64,000 nt of DNA, taken from the NCBI GenBank assembly GCA_964016885.1, contig OZ024743.1, positions 231,446,001 through 231,510,000 of the forward strand. Reading direction: 5' to 3'. Position numbers and translations under genes: made by a program. Below the pieces are notes generated by a model that was not told the DNA's origin, ran no database searches, and saw only the letters and a list, made by a program, of their open reading frames with translations. Source of the stretch: Eledone cirrhosa (taxonomy: Eukaryota). Positions 1-16,196 of the stretch are shown here, piece after piece (within the stretch, counting starts at the first letter, position 1; each line of letters opens with the position of its first letter).

Positions 1-2070
1 TGTTGGAGGGGTTGTTTGGTAGGGTGGTGGTTCCTGGCGTGGTGGGGACGGAGATGTTTGGTGGGGAGGGGGTGTATGGTAGGGTGGTGTTTGGGAAACA
101 TTTCAAGAGGACGCGGTTCGTTGGTTTAACACACATATTCCCCACGTCCTCAGCAACATTTTACTTTAAGGACTTATAGGTGTCCGTAGGGAACTTAATC
201 ATCCTTAAATTAGGTTTGTCTTTACATTTGGTAAAATATTGTCCTTCGTTTTCCACGGAAGGGTCTTTGGAGGTGACCTCCAGCAAGGTTTTATTTTCAG
301 TGTTTATGTATGTATAATATTTTTTGTTGTGTTGTGTTAGTTTTTGTCAGTTGTTCTTGTGTGTGTTTTCGTTTTGTTGTGGGTATGTGCGTTTGGAGTG
401 TTGTCATTGTTATGTATTCGGGAGGGGGGATTTTTGTTTGTAATGTTTGTGTTGTTTGTGTTGGTGGTTGCGTGTTTGTTGCCTTTTTGTTCATGTTATT
501 TCTTTTTTGCTTTTTTTTTGGAGCGGAGGGTTTCTCCCTCATCAACACTGAGTGATGACGAGGGGGATTCGTCTGTTGTGGTGTCTGTTTGATTGGGGAG
601 GGGTATGCTTTGGGGAGCCGTTGTGCTTGTGGGTGTTTTGGGAGTTGTTTTAGGTGGGGAGGGGTTGGGTGGGACTGTGTTTGCAGTTTGGTTGTGTTGT
701 TGTTGTGGTAGTGGTGGTGGTTGTGTTGTTGTGTTGGGTGTCGGCAGTAGTGCCTTTTTTTAATGCAGTTAATTGAGGACAGGAAGCCCTCAGGTGACCA
801 CTGCTTAAACAGTGGTAACCTGAAGGCCGCCTACCCTCAACAGAAATGTTTATGTAGGAATTTCCATCCAGAGGCACACGTTGTGATATTCTAGCTATCT
901 GTTCTGGTCTCATTTGGACCAAAACTTCTAAGCTTGTACCGTTTGATATCCCCCTGGAGGACTTTCCTACCGAAATTACTGTATCTTCATCAAAATTGAT
1001 GAAACCAGCTAATATCCACCAGATGTTTTTACATTTGGTGTGATATTTGTTACTTTTATTTTTGGGGTCCTTTTCCCATGTATGTAGGGAAAAAGGTGTA
1101 GAGGGGGGACACAATTGGCGACACAGAATATTTCTGTGCCGTCAATTGGTCTTTCATTATTATTGATAAACTCCCGAAAAGTTTTCCCTTCTGTATGAAG
1201 GTAATGTCCTTCATGGAGTTTCTTAGAACCAGCTAAATTTCATTTGAGTTAATTGAGCTGGTTTTCTGGTGGTATTTGAGATTGTCCTAAAAACTAGGGT
1301 TTTCAGGACAGTGTCTCTACGCAATTCTTGGGGAGAAGTGATGCTAAAAGCGCCATTCTCCTCAAAAGTTATATATTGCTGGGCATCTCTTAGCAATTCT
1401 CCGGCATTAGAGATGTCAATCTGTGTATATAGTTCTGTCTTTTGGACAGTTTGTGCAAACGAAACATTTTTTCCTTGTTTGTGGAGTTGTTCTTGTTGGT
1501 GTTGTTATCATTATTGTTGCTGCTGTTGGTGTTGTTGTCATCATTGTTGCTGTTGTTGTCATTTTTGTCGTCGTTGTTGTTGTTGTTTTTGTAGTTTTCA
1601 ATTGCTTGATCTGTGGTTGCGGAATTCATTTGTGAAGTTGTATTTTCGTTCATAGCATTGTTGTTGTTGTTGTTTCTGGTGCCGCTGGTTGTGTTGTTTT
1701 GGTTTGTTGCCATGGCAACTTCAAGTAGTCGGTCAGCAGGTGGAGAAAATCTTTCTCTGGATGACCTTTGTCTTTGACATCTGCTAGTATGACAGTGGCA
1801 GGGGGTAGCTGTAAGCATATCTTCCAATTTCCTCCTTCGAATGTTGGTGAAGAAGCTTCAGCCATTTTTTTTAAATGTTAGCTTTTCAAAAAAAGAAAAT
1901 GTATGTACTATTTCGCCTAAAGGCGTAGAATATTTTGAGAGACTGACCAGATCAAAATTTGACCTGGCAGACCCCCTACAAATTGGTATAACAATGAAGG
2001 TACAGAGTTAGGAATTTCTATAGAAATTTAGGCAGAACATACCCATCAAGTTTCACGCGTGTGTCCATCC
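1..2070 (-). mobile_element. 5' portion of an L1/Tx1-like non-LTR retrotransposon (5' UTR plus disrupted gag-like ORF1), running off the left edge
   Basis: ORF 650-1114(-) has a degenerate zinc knuckle (GRRPSGYHCLSSGHLRASCP, CCHC spacing with the first C lost); frameshifted Asn/Thr-rich upstream ORFs 1390-1865(-); the 5' end abuts (TA)n at 2071. Confidence 0.6.
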
Positions 2071-2114
2071 CATATATATATATATATATATATATATGTG
2101 TATATCTCTCTCTC

Positions 2115-2197
<83 letters not shown>

Positions 2198-2209
2198 TTA
2201 ATATAGATG

Positions 2210-2260
2210 AGATTCTACAGGACTAGAACTGTTTCATTATTCAGAAATCATCAGGAATCT
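2210..2260 (-). ncRNA. Type I hammerhead ribozyme (family A, inverted arm)
   Basis: Minus strand: agattc CTGATGA tttctgaataat GAAA cag ttctagtc ctg TA gaatct; stems I and III pair. Confidence 0.85.
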
Positions 2261-2829
2261 GCGTATCAAAAAATAAAAATGGTATTTATAGGTCTCTACA
2301 AGTGGTAGGAGAGGGTGGGGAGTGGGATGGGTGTAGGTCATTGGTTGATAGAAGAGGGAATTCATTAAAAGCTAATTCTACAAAGCTATAGTTTATTTGT
2401 ATTTATTTATGTTTGTAGAGTAACAAAGGCAGACAGAATTCTATAAACAGGTTCCGGATGGCATACCATTCCTTGTCATTAAGTTTCTCTTAAGCTAACA
2501 GATGTCTATAAGATCAGTGGGGGGTCAGTCATGGTAGATAGAATAAGGAGAATCTTTAAAAGCTAAAATCATTAAGGTTCTACTAAGTGACAAAGGTTTA
2601 GAGAATTCTGTAGACAGATTCAAAATACTGAGTGCATATCTTACAATTATCTTCGAACTTCTCTTAAACTAATCAACTATATGCCAAAAATCAACAGACA
2701 CATTCACAAAAAAACATACTCACTCACACACTCACGCGCAACCATAAACACACATACACATACGCAAATACACACATAAAAACACACACACATATATATA
2801 TAAATATATTTATATACATACAAATACAT

Positions 2830-2926
<97 letters not shown>

Positions 2927-3150
2927 CATATATATACATATACACACACATATATATATATACACACACACATACATATATATACACACGCACACACATA
3001 CACATATATACACATATAAATACACTCACACACCTACATACAAACACAAATATACATGTGTATACATATACACATAAATACACATAGACATACATATATA
3101 TATATATATATACAGATATATACATATATAAATATATATATACATATACA

Positions 3151-3291
<141 letters not shown>

Positions 3292-3382
3292 GTACATGTA
3301 TATATACATATATACATACATATATATATACATAAAATACACGTACACACACATATATACATATACACACACATACACACAA

Positions 3383-3421
<39 letters not shown>

Positions 3422-3444
3422 AACAAATATATACATATACACAC

Positions 3445-3531
<87 letters not shown>

Positions 3532-3565
3532 CACCATTCATACATATATTCATATATATATACAT

Positions 3566-3623
<58 letters not shown>

Positions 3624-3637
3624 GTATATATATATAT

Positions 3638-4246
3638 ATGGTGGCTGCCAACTCGTTTTCGAGTACGGCCACTACTTTATATCCATGTAGGAGAACTCCT
3701 ACCGATGCGCTGAATGAATGTAACTTTAGTCCAGCCAGCGACTTGAAAACTCTGGTACAAACACTACACCTGTGACAATTATTGACACATAGTGCTAGGC
3801 CCATGGTACCATGTGACGACAAGTGCAGAGAGATCTCCAGATACAAAGCAATGCCTGTGCCGTGAAGCTTTTATAGTGAGCAAAGGCACTGCACAAAGCC
3901 AGTCCCACTCTCTTAACCAAGATGATATTTACCAAAAAGAAGAACAAGTCAACATCATTGGATACCATCAGGGTTGCAGGTGTTATATCAGAGTTTTCCT
4001 TCTCCTAGAATTCTGCCTTGACAAAGGCTAAGGGGTCATCTCTCCCAGTGATTTTGGATGGCCATTGACTCTTAAGAGCTCCTTTGCCCTTTGACAGGTT
4101 TTGTTTTTAGTCCTGCAGGATGTCCAAAGTCACCCTCCTCACCAAGATACCTTGGTGGGGTTGCCAGTTTAGTCGCCAACGACCCGACCATGAGACAGGT
4201 TGTACTGGGATACATGTTACCAGTAGCACCAACTGGTGACCTGACA
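3638..4246 (-). mobile_element. Internally deleted non-autonomous derivative of an RTE LINE, nested in the family A arm
   Basis: 5' end matches 43391-43540 (ggtcgggtcg..ggcgactaaac.ggcaaccccaccaag..cttggtgaggagggtga); 3' end gagttggcagccaccat matches 47256-47272; C2H2 remnant [19 protein letters not shown]. Confidence 0.8.
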
Positions 4247-4293
4247 TGTATATGTATGTGTGTGTATATATATGTATATATATATATATATAC

Positions 4294-4337
<44 letters not shown>

Positions 4338-4486
4338 GTATATATATATATATATACATATATATACACACACATACATATACATACATATATACACACA
4401 CACACATATATACATACACATATATACACACACATATACACATACATACATATATACACAAATACATACAAACATATACACACACA

Positions 4487-4808
4487 CAACAACTTTAAGA
4501 CCCGTTGGTATGCCCATACCCACTCCTTCAGAAGACCGGATAAATCAAATCAGACAGCACTCGCCTCCTACGTTTGGGACCTCAAAAAGAACTCCACCCA
4601 CTTCACGCTTAAATGGAAAATACTCCAGGAGGCGCGCTCTTACAACGGAGGACACAAGGGCTGCGACCTTTGTATTTCAGAGAGCTACGAAATGTTATTC
4701 GCCAAGGGCCCGCTACTGAACAAACTCTCTGAACAATGCCCGAACTGCATGCACAAGAACTTTGCAACTTTCAAACACTTTAAGCCAGTGTTAAAGCCCG
4801 ATGGCTAA
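4487..4808 (+). pseudogene. C-terminal fragment of a Naiad-type PLE GIY-YIG endonuclease
   Basis: [46 protein letters not shown] aligns with the end of ORF 14394-16196. Confidence 0.85.
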
Positions 4809-5157
4809 AAACGACCTCCCCCTATAGGCCCCTATACCTCCTCCCCACCCTACCCCCACCCCTCATCAATCTGAAATACGGCCACTATGGTTATGTGAGG
4901 ACCTCTTTCCTATCTACATTTTCTGCCTGTAGAGGTGTTTTTATGTGCCTGCGTATATGCGTATATTTATTGAGTACTTATTTATTAGTATGTGTATATA
5001 TTTGTTTGTATGTGTGTATATGTATGTGTATGTGTATATATATATATATATATATGTATGAGTATGTGTATATATATATATATATGTTTGTGTGTATATG
5101 TGTTTTATGTGTGTATATTTATATATTTATGTATGTATGTGTATGTATATATGTATA

Positions 5158-5200
<43 letters not shown>

Positions 5201-5253
5201 GTGTATGTATGTGTATGTGTATGTATGTATGTATGTATGTATGTGTGTGTGTA

Positions 5254-5331
<78 letters not shown>

Positions 5332-5357
5332 TATAAGCGTGTGTGTGTATGTGTGTA

Positions 5358-5392
<35 letters not shown>

Positions 5393-5438
5393 GTGTGTAG
5401 GCAGGTGTGTATATATATGTGTGTATATGTGTATATAA

Positions 5439-5474
<36 letters not shown>

Positions 5475-5696
5475 GTATATGTATATGTATATATATATAT
5501 GTATATATATATATGTATATATGTGCGTGAGAGAGAGTGTGTATATATATTTGTGTGTGTATGTGTGTATGCGTGTATATATATGTATATGTATATATGT
5601 GTGTATATATGCGTTATATGTCTGTATATATGTGTATATTTATGTATAGGACTGTGTATGTATGTGTATATTTGTATATATATGGATATATATATA

Positions 5697-5869
5697 TATA
5701 CGATATTAAATAAATGGAAACTATATTTATAAAACCATATTTATTTCATTATATATATTTCAGCGATATCATATTAACAATATGTTATGCCTTCTTCACT
5801 TGTTGAGTGCTTTTATATCAGTTATAAATATTTACTAGTTGTAACCCAACAATTTAAATATAACTTTCC
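5697..5869. mobile_element. Short family C PLE remnant (partial inverted arm plus tail)
   Basis: 5697-5762 matches 30743-30808; 5801-5869 matches tail 31063-31131. Confidence 0.7.
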
Positions 5870-5976
5870 ATATATATATATATATATATATTTTTTTATA
5901 CATATGCATGTGTATGCGTGGGTGTGTGTGTATATATATGTGTATATATGTGTGTGTGTGTATATATATGTGTGTG

Positions 5977-6032
<56 letters not shown>

Positions 6033-6210
6033 CGTATGTGTATATATATATATATGTATATGTGTGTATATATATATATATGTGTATATATATATATGTG
6101 TATGTATATGTATATGTATGTTTGTATATATGTTTGTATGTATATATATATATGTGTATATATGTGTGTATATGTATGTAGGTGTGTGTATATTTATATA
6201 TGTATATATT

Positions 6211-6297
<87 letters not shown>

Positions 6298-6386
6298 ATA
6301 TGTGTATGTATATATGTGTGTGTGTGTATATATGTATGTATATGTATGTGTGTGTATATATATGTATATATATATATATTTATATA

Positions 6387-6435
<49 letters not shown>

Positions 6436-6479
6436 GTGTGTGTGTATGTATATATATATGAATATATGTATGAATGGTG

Positions 6480-6621
<142 letters not shown>

Positions 6622-6639
6622 GTGCTTTTTCCTTATATA

Positions 6640-6671
<32 letters not shown>

Positions 6672-6697
6672 AGTGTATGTATATGTATATATTTGTT

Positions 6698-6750
<53 letters not shown>

Positions 6751-6842
6751 TTGTGTGTCTGTGTGTGTATATGTATATATGTGTGTGTATGTGTATTATA
6801 TGTATATATATATGTATGTATATATGTATATATATATGTGTG

Positions 6843-6902
<60 letters not shown>

Positions 6903-7183
6903 TATGTCTGTATATGTATATATATATAAATATATATTTGTATATATCTGTATATATATATATATATATGTATGTCTATGTGTATTTATGTGTATATGTA
7001 TACATATGTATATTTGTGTTTGTATGTAGGTGTGTGAGTGTATTTATATGTGTATATATGTGTGTGTGTGTGTGTGTATATATATATGTATGTGTGTGTG
7101 TAAATATATATATGTGTGTGTATATGTATATATATATATATATATACATATGTATATGTATATATATATATATATATACATAA

Positions 7184-8596
7184 TAAATAGACGCTCGGAT
7201 TTGTTTTCCATCTGCCTGCATAAATTCCATAGAACTTTTCACAAAGTATACAGTTAATATTCAATTCTTTATCAATTTAGAATCTTTTCTCAAAGGCACA
7301 TATACATACACCTCTTTAAAATATACCCATCTACCTTACTTTAAAGGGCATTATACACTCTATAGTACTCGTTTACTCATTTACCTCATCCTATCTTCTC
7401 GTAAAACAATAACATTTGTTTTTGACATTTTGAATATTCATCCGCAATCATTATTATTTTTTTTTTTTTTTTCCCTCTATCATAAATCTTTTTAATCTCA
7501 ATTTCATCCTTAATTTATTATTATATATTTTTTTTAATATATACTCATATATTCTTTAAAATATACCCATCTACCTTACTTTAAAGGGCATTATACACTC
7601 TATAATACCCGTTTACTCATCACCCTCATTATATCTCCTCGTAAAACAATAACATTTGTTTTTGACATTTTGAGTATTCATCCGCAATCATTATTATTTT
7701 TTCTCTCTATCATAAATCTTTTTAATCTCAATTTCATCCTTAATTTATTATTATTTTTTTCTCCCCATCAACGAACTCATTATTAATACATATGAATTCA
7801 ATATAAAAACTTTAACTTCACATTATTTTTCTCAAATCCTATACATAAACTTTTTCTCTTTGCTAATTTTAAAATTCCTACATTTCTCCTTTTGAATATT
7901 CACCCACAATTATTATTTTTTTTCTCTCTATCTCCATACATAATCTCCCTTCGTTATTTTTTTCTCTCTATCTCCATACATAATTTCCCTTCGTTAATTT
8001 TCAAATTCCTTTAATTTATACGTTATCTTCCAACGGTTCCCAACCTCTCTATATTAAAACATTATATCTTTTTCTCAGTTATAAAAACTATCTCTTTCTC
8101 TCTATCACCCATCTCTCCCTTTCCACCTTCACTCTCATCTCCTCCCCTTTTTTTCATCCTTTCCACCCCCACCCCTCCCTAAATATAATATATTTTTTCC
8201 TCGCACATATCCTCCCTTCGTTAATTTTCAAAATTTTTAATTTATACAGTATCTTCCAACGGTTTTCAACCCCTCTATATAAAATATATCTCCTCTCTGT
8301 TATAAAAACTATCTCTTTCTCTCTATCACCCATCTCTCCCTCTCATCTCCTTCCCTTTTCATCCTTTTCTCTCCCCCCCTCTCTAAATAAAATATTTTTC
8401 CCAATATCACACATCAATCTAAAACCACTTTTCATATGTTGATTTAAAACTGCACTATCAACAAGTGTTTTTTTAGCCTTCATATCATGTTCTCCTGTTT
8501 TATCTGATGAAAACACAAATATTATTGTTTGATGATGTTTGTTTTTGAAATGCGCATAATAAAATATATTGAACTCCTTTAACCATCTTTTGATCT

Positions 8597-8602
<6 letters not shown>
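7184..8602 (+). mobile_element. 5'-truncated Naiad-type PLE (family E): last codons plus 3' UTR with internal duplications and HHR
   Basis: NRRSDLFSICLHKF resembles the Naiad C-terminus; ~240-bp tandem duplications 7311/7551 and 7970/8210; 3' part repeated at 30456-30622. Confidence 0.7.
8498..8564 (+). ncRNA. Type I hammerhead ribozyme with palindromic stem III (family E)
   Basis: ttttat CTGATGA [long stem II] GAAA tgcgca TA ataaaa. Confidence 0.85.
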
Positions 8603-8658
<56 letters not shown>

Positions 8659-8843
8659 GTTTGTCCCGAATCTTCCTTTATCGATTTTAAATCGTATGGT
8701 TGATTGTAGACTTGTTCTATATGTGACGGTATTTTAACGATAGTTATAGCTCTGATTCATCTGAATTATTGAGCCCTCTGCCGCTCATGTCGAATCTCGT
8801 TTATCGTGAACTCGTGCGCCGATTTTTCGATACTCGATCTTTC

Positions 8844-8919
<76 letters not shown>

Positions 8920-8920
8920 G

Positions 8921-8951
<31 letters not shown>

Positions 8952-8972
8952 GCGTGTGTGTGTATGTGTGTA

Positions 8973-9007
<35 letters not shown>

Positions 9008-9036
9008 GTGTGTGTGTAGGCAGGTGTGTATATATA

Positions 9037-9097
<61 letters not shown>

Positions 9098-9110
9098 GTA
9101 TATGTATATG

Positions 9111-9142
<32 letters not shown>

Positions 9143-9429
9143 TATATGTAAATATATATATATATATGTGTGCGTGAGAGAGAGTGTGTATATATATTTG
9201 TGTGTGTACGTGTGTATGCGTGTATATATATGTATATGTATATATGTGTGTATATATGCGTTATATGTCTGTATATATGTGTATATTTATGTATAGGACT
9301 GTGTATGTATGTGTATATTTGTGTATATATATGGATATATATATATATATATATATATTTTTATACATATGCATGTGTATGTGTGGGTGTGTGTGTATAT
9401 ATATGTGTATATATGTGTGTGTGTGTATA

Positions 9430-9469
<40 letters not shown>

Positions 9470-9677
9470 CGTATGTGTATATATATATATGTATATGTGT
9501 GTATATATATATATATGTGTATATATATATATATATATGTGTATGTATGTGTATATGTATGTTTGTATATATGTTTGTATGTATATATATATATGTGTAT
9601 ATATGTGTGTATATGTATGTAGGTGTGTGTATATTTATATATGTATATATTTATGTATATATATATATATATATGTG

Positions 9678-9710
<33 letters not shown>

Positions 9711-9873
9711 ATATGTGTGTATGTATTTGTGTATATATGTATGTATGTGTATATGTGTGTGTGTATATGTGTAGGTATATATGTGTGTGTGTGTATATAT
9801 GTATGTATATGTATGTGTGTGTATATATATGTATATATATATATATATATATATGAATATTTATATATATATT

Positions 9874-9906
<33 letters not shown>

Positions 9907-9954
9907 GTGTGTGTGTATGTATATATATATGAATATATGTATGAATGGTGTATC

Positions 9955-10009
<55 letters not shown>

Positions 10010-10125
10010 GTGCTTTTTCCTTATATATGTGTATATGTGTGTGTGTGTATGTGTGTGTATGTATATATATATATATGTATGTATGTATGTGTGCGTGCGT
10101 GTGTATGTATATGCATATATTTGTT

Positions 10126-10168
<43 letters not shown>

Positions 10169-10258
10169 GTGTTTGTGTGTCTGTGTGTGTATATGTATAT
10201 ATGTGTGTGTATGTGTATTATATGTATATATATATGTATGTATATATGTATATATATA

Positions 10259-10352
<94 letters not shown>

Positions 10353-10574
10353 TGTATATGTATATATATATAAATATATATTTGTATATATCTGTATATA
10401 TATATATATATATATGTATGTCTATGTGTATTTATGTGTATATGTATACATATGTATATTTGTGTTTGTATGTAGGTGTGTGAGTGTATTTATATGTGTA
10501 TATATGTGTGTGTGTGTGTGTATATATATATGTATGTGTGTGTGTAAATATATATATGTGTGTGTATATGTATA

Positions 10575-10642
<68 letters not shown>

Positions 10643-10660
10643 TATATATGTATATATATG

Positions 10661-10692
<32 letters not shown>

Positions 10693-10714
10693 TGCGTGTG
10701 TGTGTATGTGTGTA

Positions 10715-10765
<51 letters not shown>

Positions 10766-10784
10766 AGGCAGGTGTGTATATATA

Positions 10785-10831
<47 letters not shown>

Positions 10832-10844
10832 GTATATGTATATG

Positions 10845-10883
<39 letters not shown>

Positions 10884-11165
10884 GTAAATATATATATATA
10901 TATATGTGCGTGAGAGAGAGTGTGTATATATATTTGTGTGTGTATGTGTGTATGCGTGTATATATATGTATATGTATATATGTGTGTATATATGCGTTAT
11001 ATGTCTGTATATATGTGTATATTTATGTATAGGACTGTGTATGTATGTGTATATTTGTATATATATGGATATATATATATATATATATATATTTTTATAC
11101 ATATGCATGTGTATGTGTGGGTGTGTGTGTATATATATGTGTATATATGTGTGTGTGTGTATATG

Positions 11166-11215
<50 letters not shown>

Positions 11216-11395
11216 CGTATGTGTATATATATATATGTATATGTGTGTATATATATATATATGTGTATATATATATATATATGTGTATGTATGTGTATAT
11301 GTATGTTTGTATATATGTTTGTATGTATATATATATATGTGTATATATGTGTGTATATGTATGTAGGTGTGTGTATATTTATATATGTATATATT

Positions 11396-11432
<37 letters not shown>

Positions 11433-11589
11433 ATATATATATATATATGTGTGTGTGTATATGTGTGTATGTATTTGTGTATATATGTATGTATGTGTAT
11501 ATGTGTGTGTGTATATGTGTATGTATATATGTGTGTGTGTATGTATATATATATGAATATATGTATGAATGGTGTATCTCTCTCTCTCC

Positions 11590-11647
<58 letters not shown>

Positions 11648-11793
11648 GTGTGTGTGTATGTATATGTATATATTTGTTTATGTATATATATATATATATG
11701 TGTGTGTGTCTGTGTGTGTATATGTATATATGTGTGTGTATGTGTATTATATGTATATATATATATATGTATATATGTATATATATATGTATG

Positions 11794-11851
<58 letters not shown>

Positions 11852-12089
11852 CATATATATATGTCTGTATATGTATATATATATAAGTATATATATGTAT
11901 ATATCTGTATATATATATATATATATATGTATGTCTATGTTTATTTATGTGTATATGTATACACATGTATATTTGTGTTTGTATGTAGGTGTGTGAGTGT
12001 ATTTATATGTGTATATATGTGTGTGTGTGTGTGTGTGTATATATATGTATGTGTGTGTATATATATATATATATGTGTGTATATGTATA

Positions 12090-12166
<77 letters not shown>

Positions 12167-12736
12167 TTGTATGTATATAAATATATGTATATATATGTGT
12201 GTGTGTTTTTATGTGTGTATTTGCGTATGTGTATGTGTGTTTATGGTTGCGCGTGAGTGTGTGAGTGAGTATGTTTTTCTGCGAATGTGTCTGTTGATTT
12301 TTGGCATATAGTTGATTAGTTTAAGAGAAGTTCGATGATAATTTTAAGATATGCACTCAGTATTTTGAATCTGTCTACAGAATTCTCTAAACCTTTGTCA
12401 CTTAGTAGAACCTTAATGATTTTAGCTTTTAAAGATTCTCCCTTTTCTTTTATTCTATCTACCATGACTGACCCCCCCACTGATCTTATAGACATCTGTT
12501 AACTTAAGAGAAACTTAATGACAAGGAATGGTATGCCATCCGGAACCTGTTTATAGAATTATGTCTGCCTTTGTTACTCTAAAAACATAAATAAATAAAA
12601 ATAAACTATAGCTTTGTAGAATTAGCTTTTAATGAATTCCCTTTTCTATCAACCAATGACCTACACCCATCCCACTCCCCACCCTCTCCTACCACTTGTA
12701 GAGACCTATAAATACCATTTTTATTTTTTGATACCC

Positions 12737-12787
12737 AGATTCCTGATGATTTCTAAAGAATGAAACAGTTCTAGTCCTGTAGAATCT
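12737..12787 (+). ncRNA. Type I hammerhead ribozyme (family A)
   Basis: agattc CTGATGA tttctaaagaat GAAA cag ttctagtc ctg TA gaatct. Confidence 0.88.
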
Positions 12788-12933
12788 GATCTATATTAAA
12801 ACTTTTATACTCTGCTATGTATTGAGTACCTTACTTACTGTGGTTACCTCCGATTCAACCCGGTATAACGTATATATATATATATATATATATATGAAAC
12901 ATAAGAATCAAAGAACTGTTCAAAACATTTTTG

Positions 12934-12980
12934 TGCTTACAACTGTTTCCTCCAAACCGAGGTTTGGATTCTTCGGAGCA
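12934..12980 (-). ncRNA. Hammerhead ribozyme, CCGAAGA core (family B inverted arm)
   Basis: Reverse complement of 17648-17694. Confidence 0.75.
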
Positions 12981-13438
12981 ATTTATTAATGAATGGACAG
13001 TTATATGACCTCCTTTTCACCCAAGAGACATACAGACACATATGCAAATATTGTGGGTCAACATTCATTACAGCATTTAGAGTGGCAGTACACACTTAGA
13101 GATTACATTCATATTAAAAGGTACAATAAAAAATCAAAACTACAGGTTAAAATACAACATGAAAATAAGCGGTTATATAGTGCAAATGTTATGTGTGGCA
13201 AGCACGTGCGTCTTGTTTATATAGTGTGGCAGAGAGTTACGTGTAGTAGAGGAACTTACGTAGGTAAACAAGAGTGTTAGGTTGATTTTTGATTGTACCT
13301 TTTAATATGAATGTAATCTCTAAGTCTGTACTGCCACTCTAAATGCTGTAATGAATGTTGACCCACAATATTTGCATATGTATCTGTATGTCTCTTGGGT
13401 TAAAAGGAGGTCATATAACTGTCCATTCATTAATAAAT

Positions 13439-13485
13439 TGCTCCGAAGAATCCAAACCTCGGTTTGGAGGAAACTGTTGTAAGCA
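13439..13485 (+). ncRNA. Hammerhead ribozyme, CCGAAGA core (family B 5' pLTR)
   Basis: tgct CCGAAGA a tccaaacc tc ggtttgga g GAAA ctgttg TA agca. Confidence 0.72.
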
Positions 13486-13737
13486 CAAAAATGTTTTGAA
13501 CAGTTCTTTGATTCTTATATTTCATATAACTGCTCTGTAAATCATCTGATGTTTTTACATTGAGCTACTTAACTTACTGGTAATAAGGTAGTAATATATT
13601 ACTGCCTACCACTATTTAGGGTTTCTTTAAAAAATATATATACCTGCAAAAGGTTTTTGTATTTACATAACCATAAATAGTATAATTAATACTATTAACT
13701 GCTCCATATTGTTGAGCTGACATATAATATTACCAAT

Positions 13738-16196
13738 ATGCTAATCAAAGACCAACTCCCCATGTCAACCAAGAACATACCAATACCATCCAGGAATACA
13801 TATGGGAAATTGCTGATCAACAGTGTAAATTCATTTATCAATAGAGTGAGATGGAGGACATTCCATTATGATAGAAACAGATCTAACAATGTGAATAATA
13901 CTAACAAATTTGACTCCTTCGGCTTTAAAACATTTAAAAGCCCCCCTCATAACACACTATTTAACTCCTTTGAAAATGACCTAGTTAAACTAGTTGAGAA
14001 CATTAAATACAATAAGCACCATAATAGAAGCAACACCTTCTTAAACAACCTTAACACCTCTATTAATGGGTTCAAAACTAGTAATTAAATTATTGTACAC
14101 GCAGATAAAACTAATAACATATACAGCTTAGATTATAATACTTATAGAAAGTTTATATATAATGAACTACATAAAAGCTACAAGAAGACCATCTTGAAAA
14201 ACTTAGAAGATATTAATATAGAGGGATATAATATAGTGTCTAAACTAGGACTTCAGAGGCATACACAACCATTCACCCCCCCCCCCCCCCTAGATTCTCT
14301 CTGAAGGACCATAAGGAGGACTTCATCAGCAACCCCTCGATAAGACTTATCTGCCCTTCCTAGTCCGACATCGGTATTATCAGCAAGAAAATTTTGGATA
14401 AAATCATCCCACAAATTAAACACAAGATACACCTTAAACAATGGGGAAATACGGGTGAAGTGATTGAATGGTTCAAAGATATCAAGAATAATAAGGACAA
14501 AAAATGTATTCAATTTGATATCAATTCATACTACACCTCTATTTCCCCTATCCTATTAAATAAGGCACTAATCATGGCCATGAACAATAGCGACCTGACT
14601 AGAGCCCAGATTGATGTCATCCTTGCGGCCCGTAAAACCATAATCACCTTCGAGGACCAACTATGGACACGCAAGGATACGCACAACAACTTCGACATAA
14701 CCATGGGATCTAGTGACTCGGCGCAGGTCACTGATTTGGCCGGCCTATACCTTCTTAATGAAATCCATGAGGACCTCCCTTACCTCAACGGTGGTTTGTA
14801 CCGCGATGATGCACTTCTACTTATAGAATATAAAAAATTTAATATAGAAAGAACTAGAAAACAATTGCACAAGACATTCAAAAACTTTAACCTTAGTATC
14901 ACCATGGACAAAAACACTAAAAATATTAACTTCCTAGACGCCACACTATACCTAGACTCAAAAATATATACACCTTTCCATAAGCTTAACGGAAAACTCA
15001 TTTACGTAGATACCAAGTCTAATCATCCTAGATCAATATTAAACTCTATCTCTAAGGGGGTATCCAATAGAATCTCTAGTCTATCCTATGACGCAAACAT
15101 ATTTAGCAAAAACTCACAATATTACAATCAAGCATTAGTTAGATCCGGCCATAATATAGAAATTGAGTTCCTACCTAAGAAAACACATAGCTACAACATC
15201 ATCTCGCACATGTCCATGAGGAAACCTAATAATAGGAATAGCAACCACAAGTACGCCAAAGCGGAGGGTGCCACCGGAAGTAACCATTACCACGGAAACT
15301 ACTGTAGTGCCTTAGGAAGAAACAACACACCAAACACTAAAAACAAAAATAGAAGAAGAAATAATACATTTTTCAACCCTCCTTTCAACCTAAATGTCTC
15401 CACCAACATACCTAGGGCTTTCTTCTCACTACTAGATAAAAACTTCCCTCTAGGACACAAGTACCACAACCTTTTAAACACAAACACTATTAAAATCTCA
15501 TACTCTACGACGCCTAACTTAGCATACCACATAGCTAGCAGCATTAAAAGTAAAATTAATTCTTACTTCCAACAAATGAAATCACAACAGGATGCAAACC
15601 TTCTAAATACCTCTGTAGCAAGCAACCATAGTAACGGCAGTAACAATAGAAATAACACTAGTATAAGAAATAACACCGGGGTTGACAACCCGAATGTCCA
15701 AAATCCTATAGCTACCACCCAGACTTCTGCACTGCATTATAACCAGCAGACTAACACACAGGATAATTGTAACTGTAGAGCTAATAGAACCTGCGCTTTA
15801 GATAAAAAATGCTTAACCAAGGATATCATATACTCATGCACCGTCACAACTAGCAACTCTTCAGAAACCTATGTAGGCTTCACTTCTAACTGCTTCAAAA
15901 TCAGATATAATTCACACATCCACTCGTTCAAAAGGCACAACCTAGCCAACTCCACCTCACTATCTAGCTGCATACACTATCTAAAAACTAAAAATAAACC
16001 ATACACACTCAAATGGGAAGTGATAGGCAGCGCGACTTCGTACAAACCACCTAATACATTTTGTAACCTCTGTATACTAGAGACCCACAATATTATCTTC
16101 TCTAACCGTAACCTACTTAACAAAAAATCTGAAGTGTTTGCAACTTGCCAGCACCGCTTCAGACATTCCTTCCAAAACTTTAAGCCCAATATATAG
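13738..16196 (+). pseudogene. PLE reverse transcriptase plus GIY-YIG endonuclease (Naiad-type), two stops and one frameshift in the 5' part
   Basis: STKNIPIP, ADKT, FDINSYY, MGSSDSAQ, GLYRDDAL, CNCR..C.L...CL linker, IIY..YVG; TAA 14086-14088, poly-C frameshift ~14276-14290, TAG ~14361; 14394-16196 open. Confidence 0.92.

Noticed and set aside
4965-4982. ttgagtac at ~4970 as another tail hairpin
   Set aside because: No pairing RCTC upstream and not near an HHR
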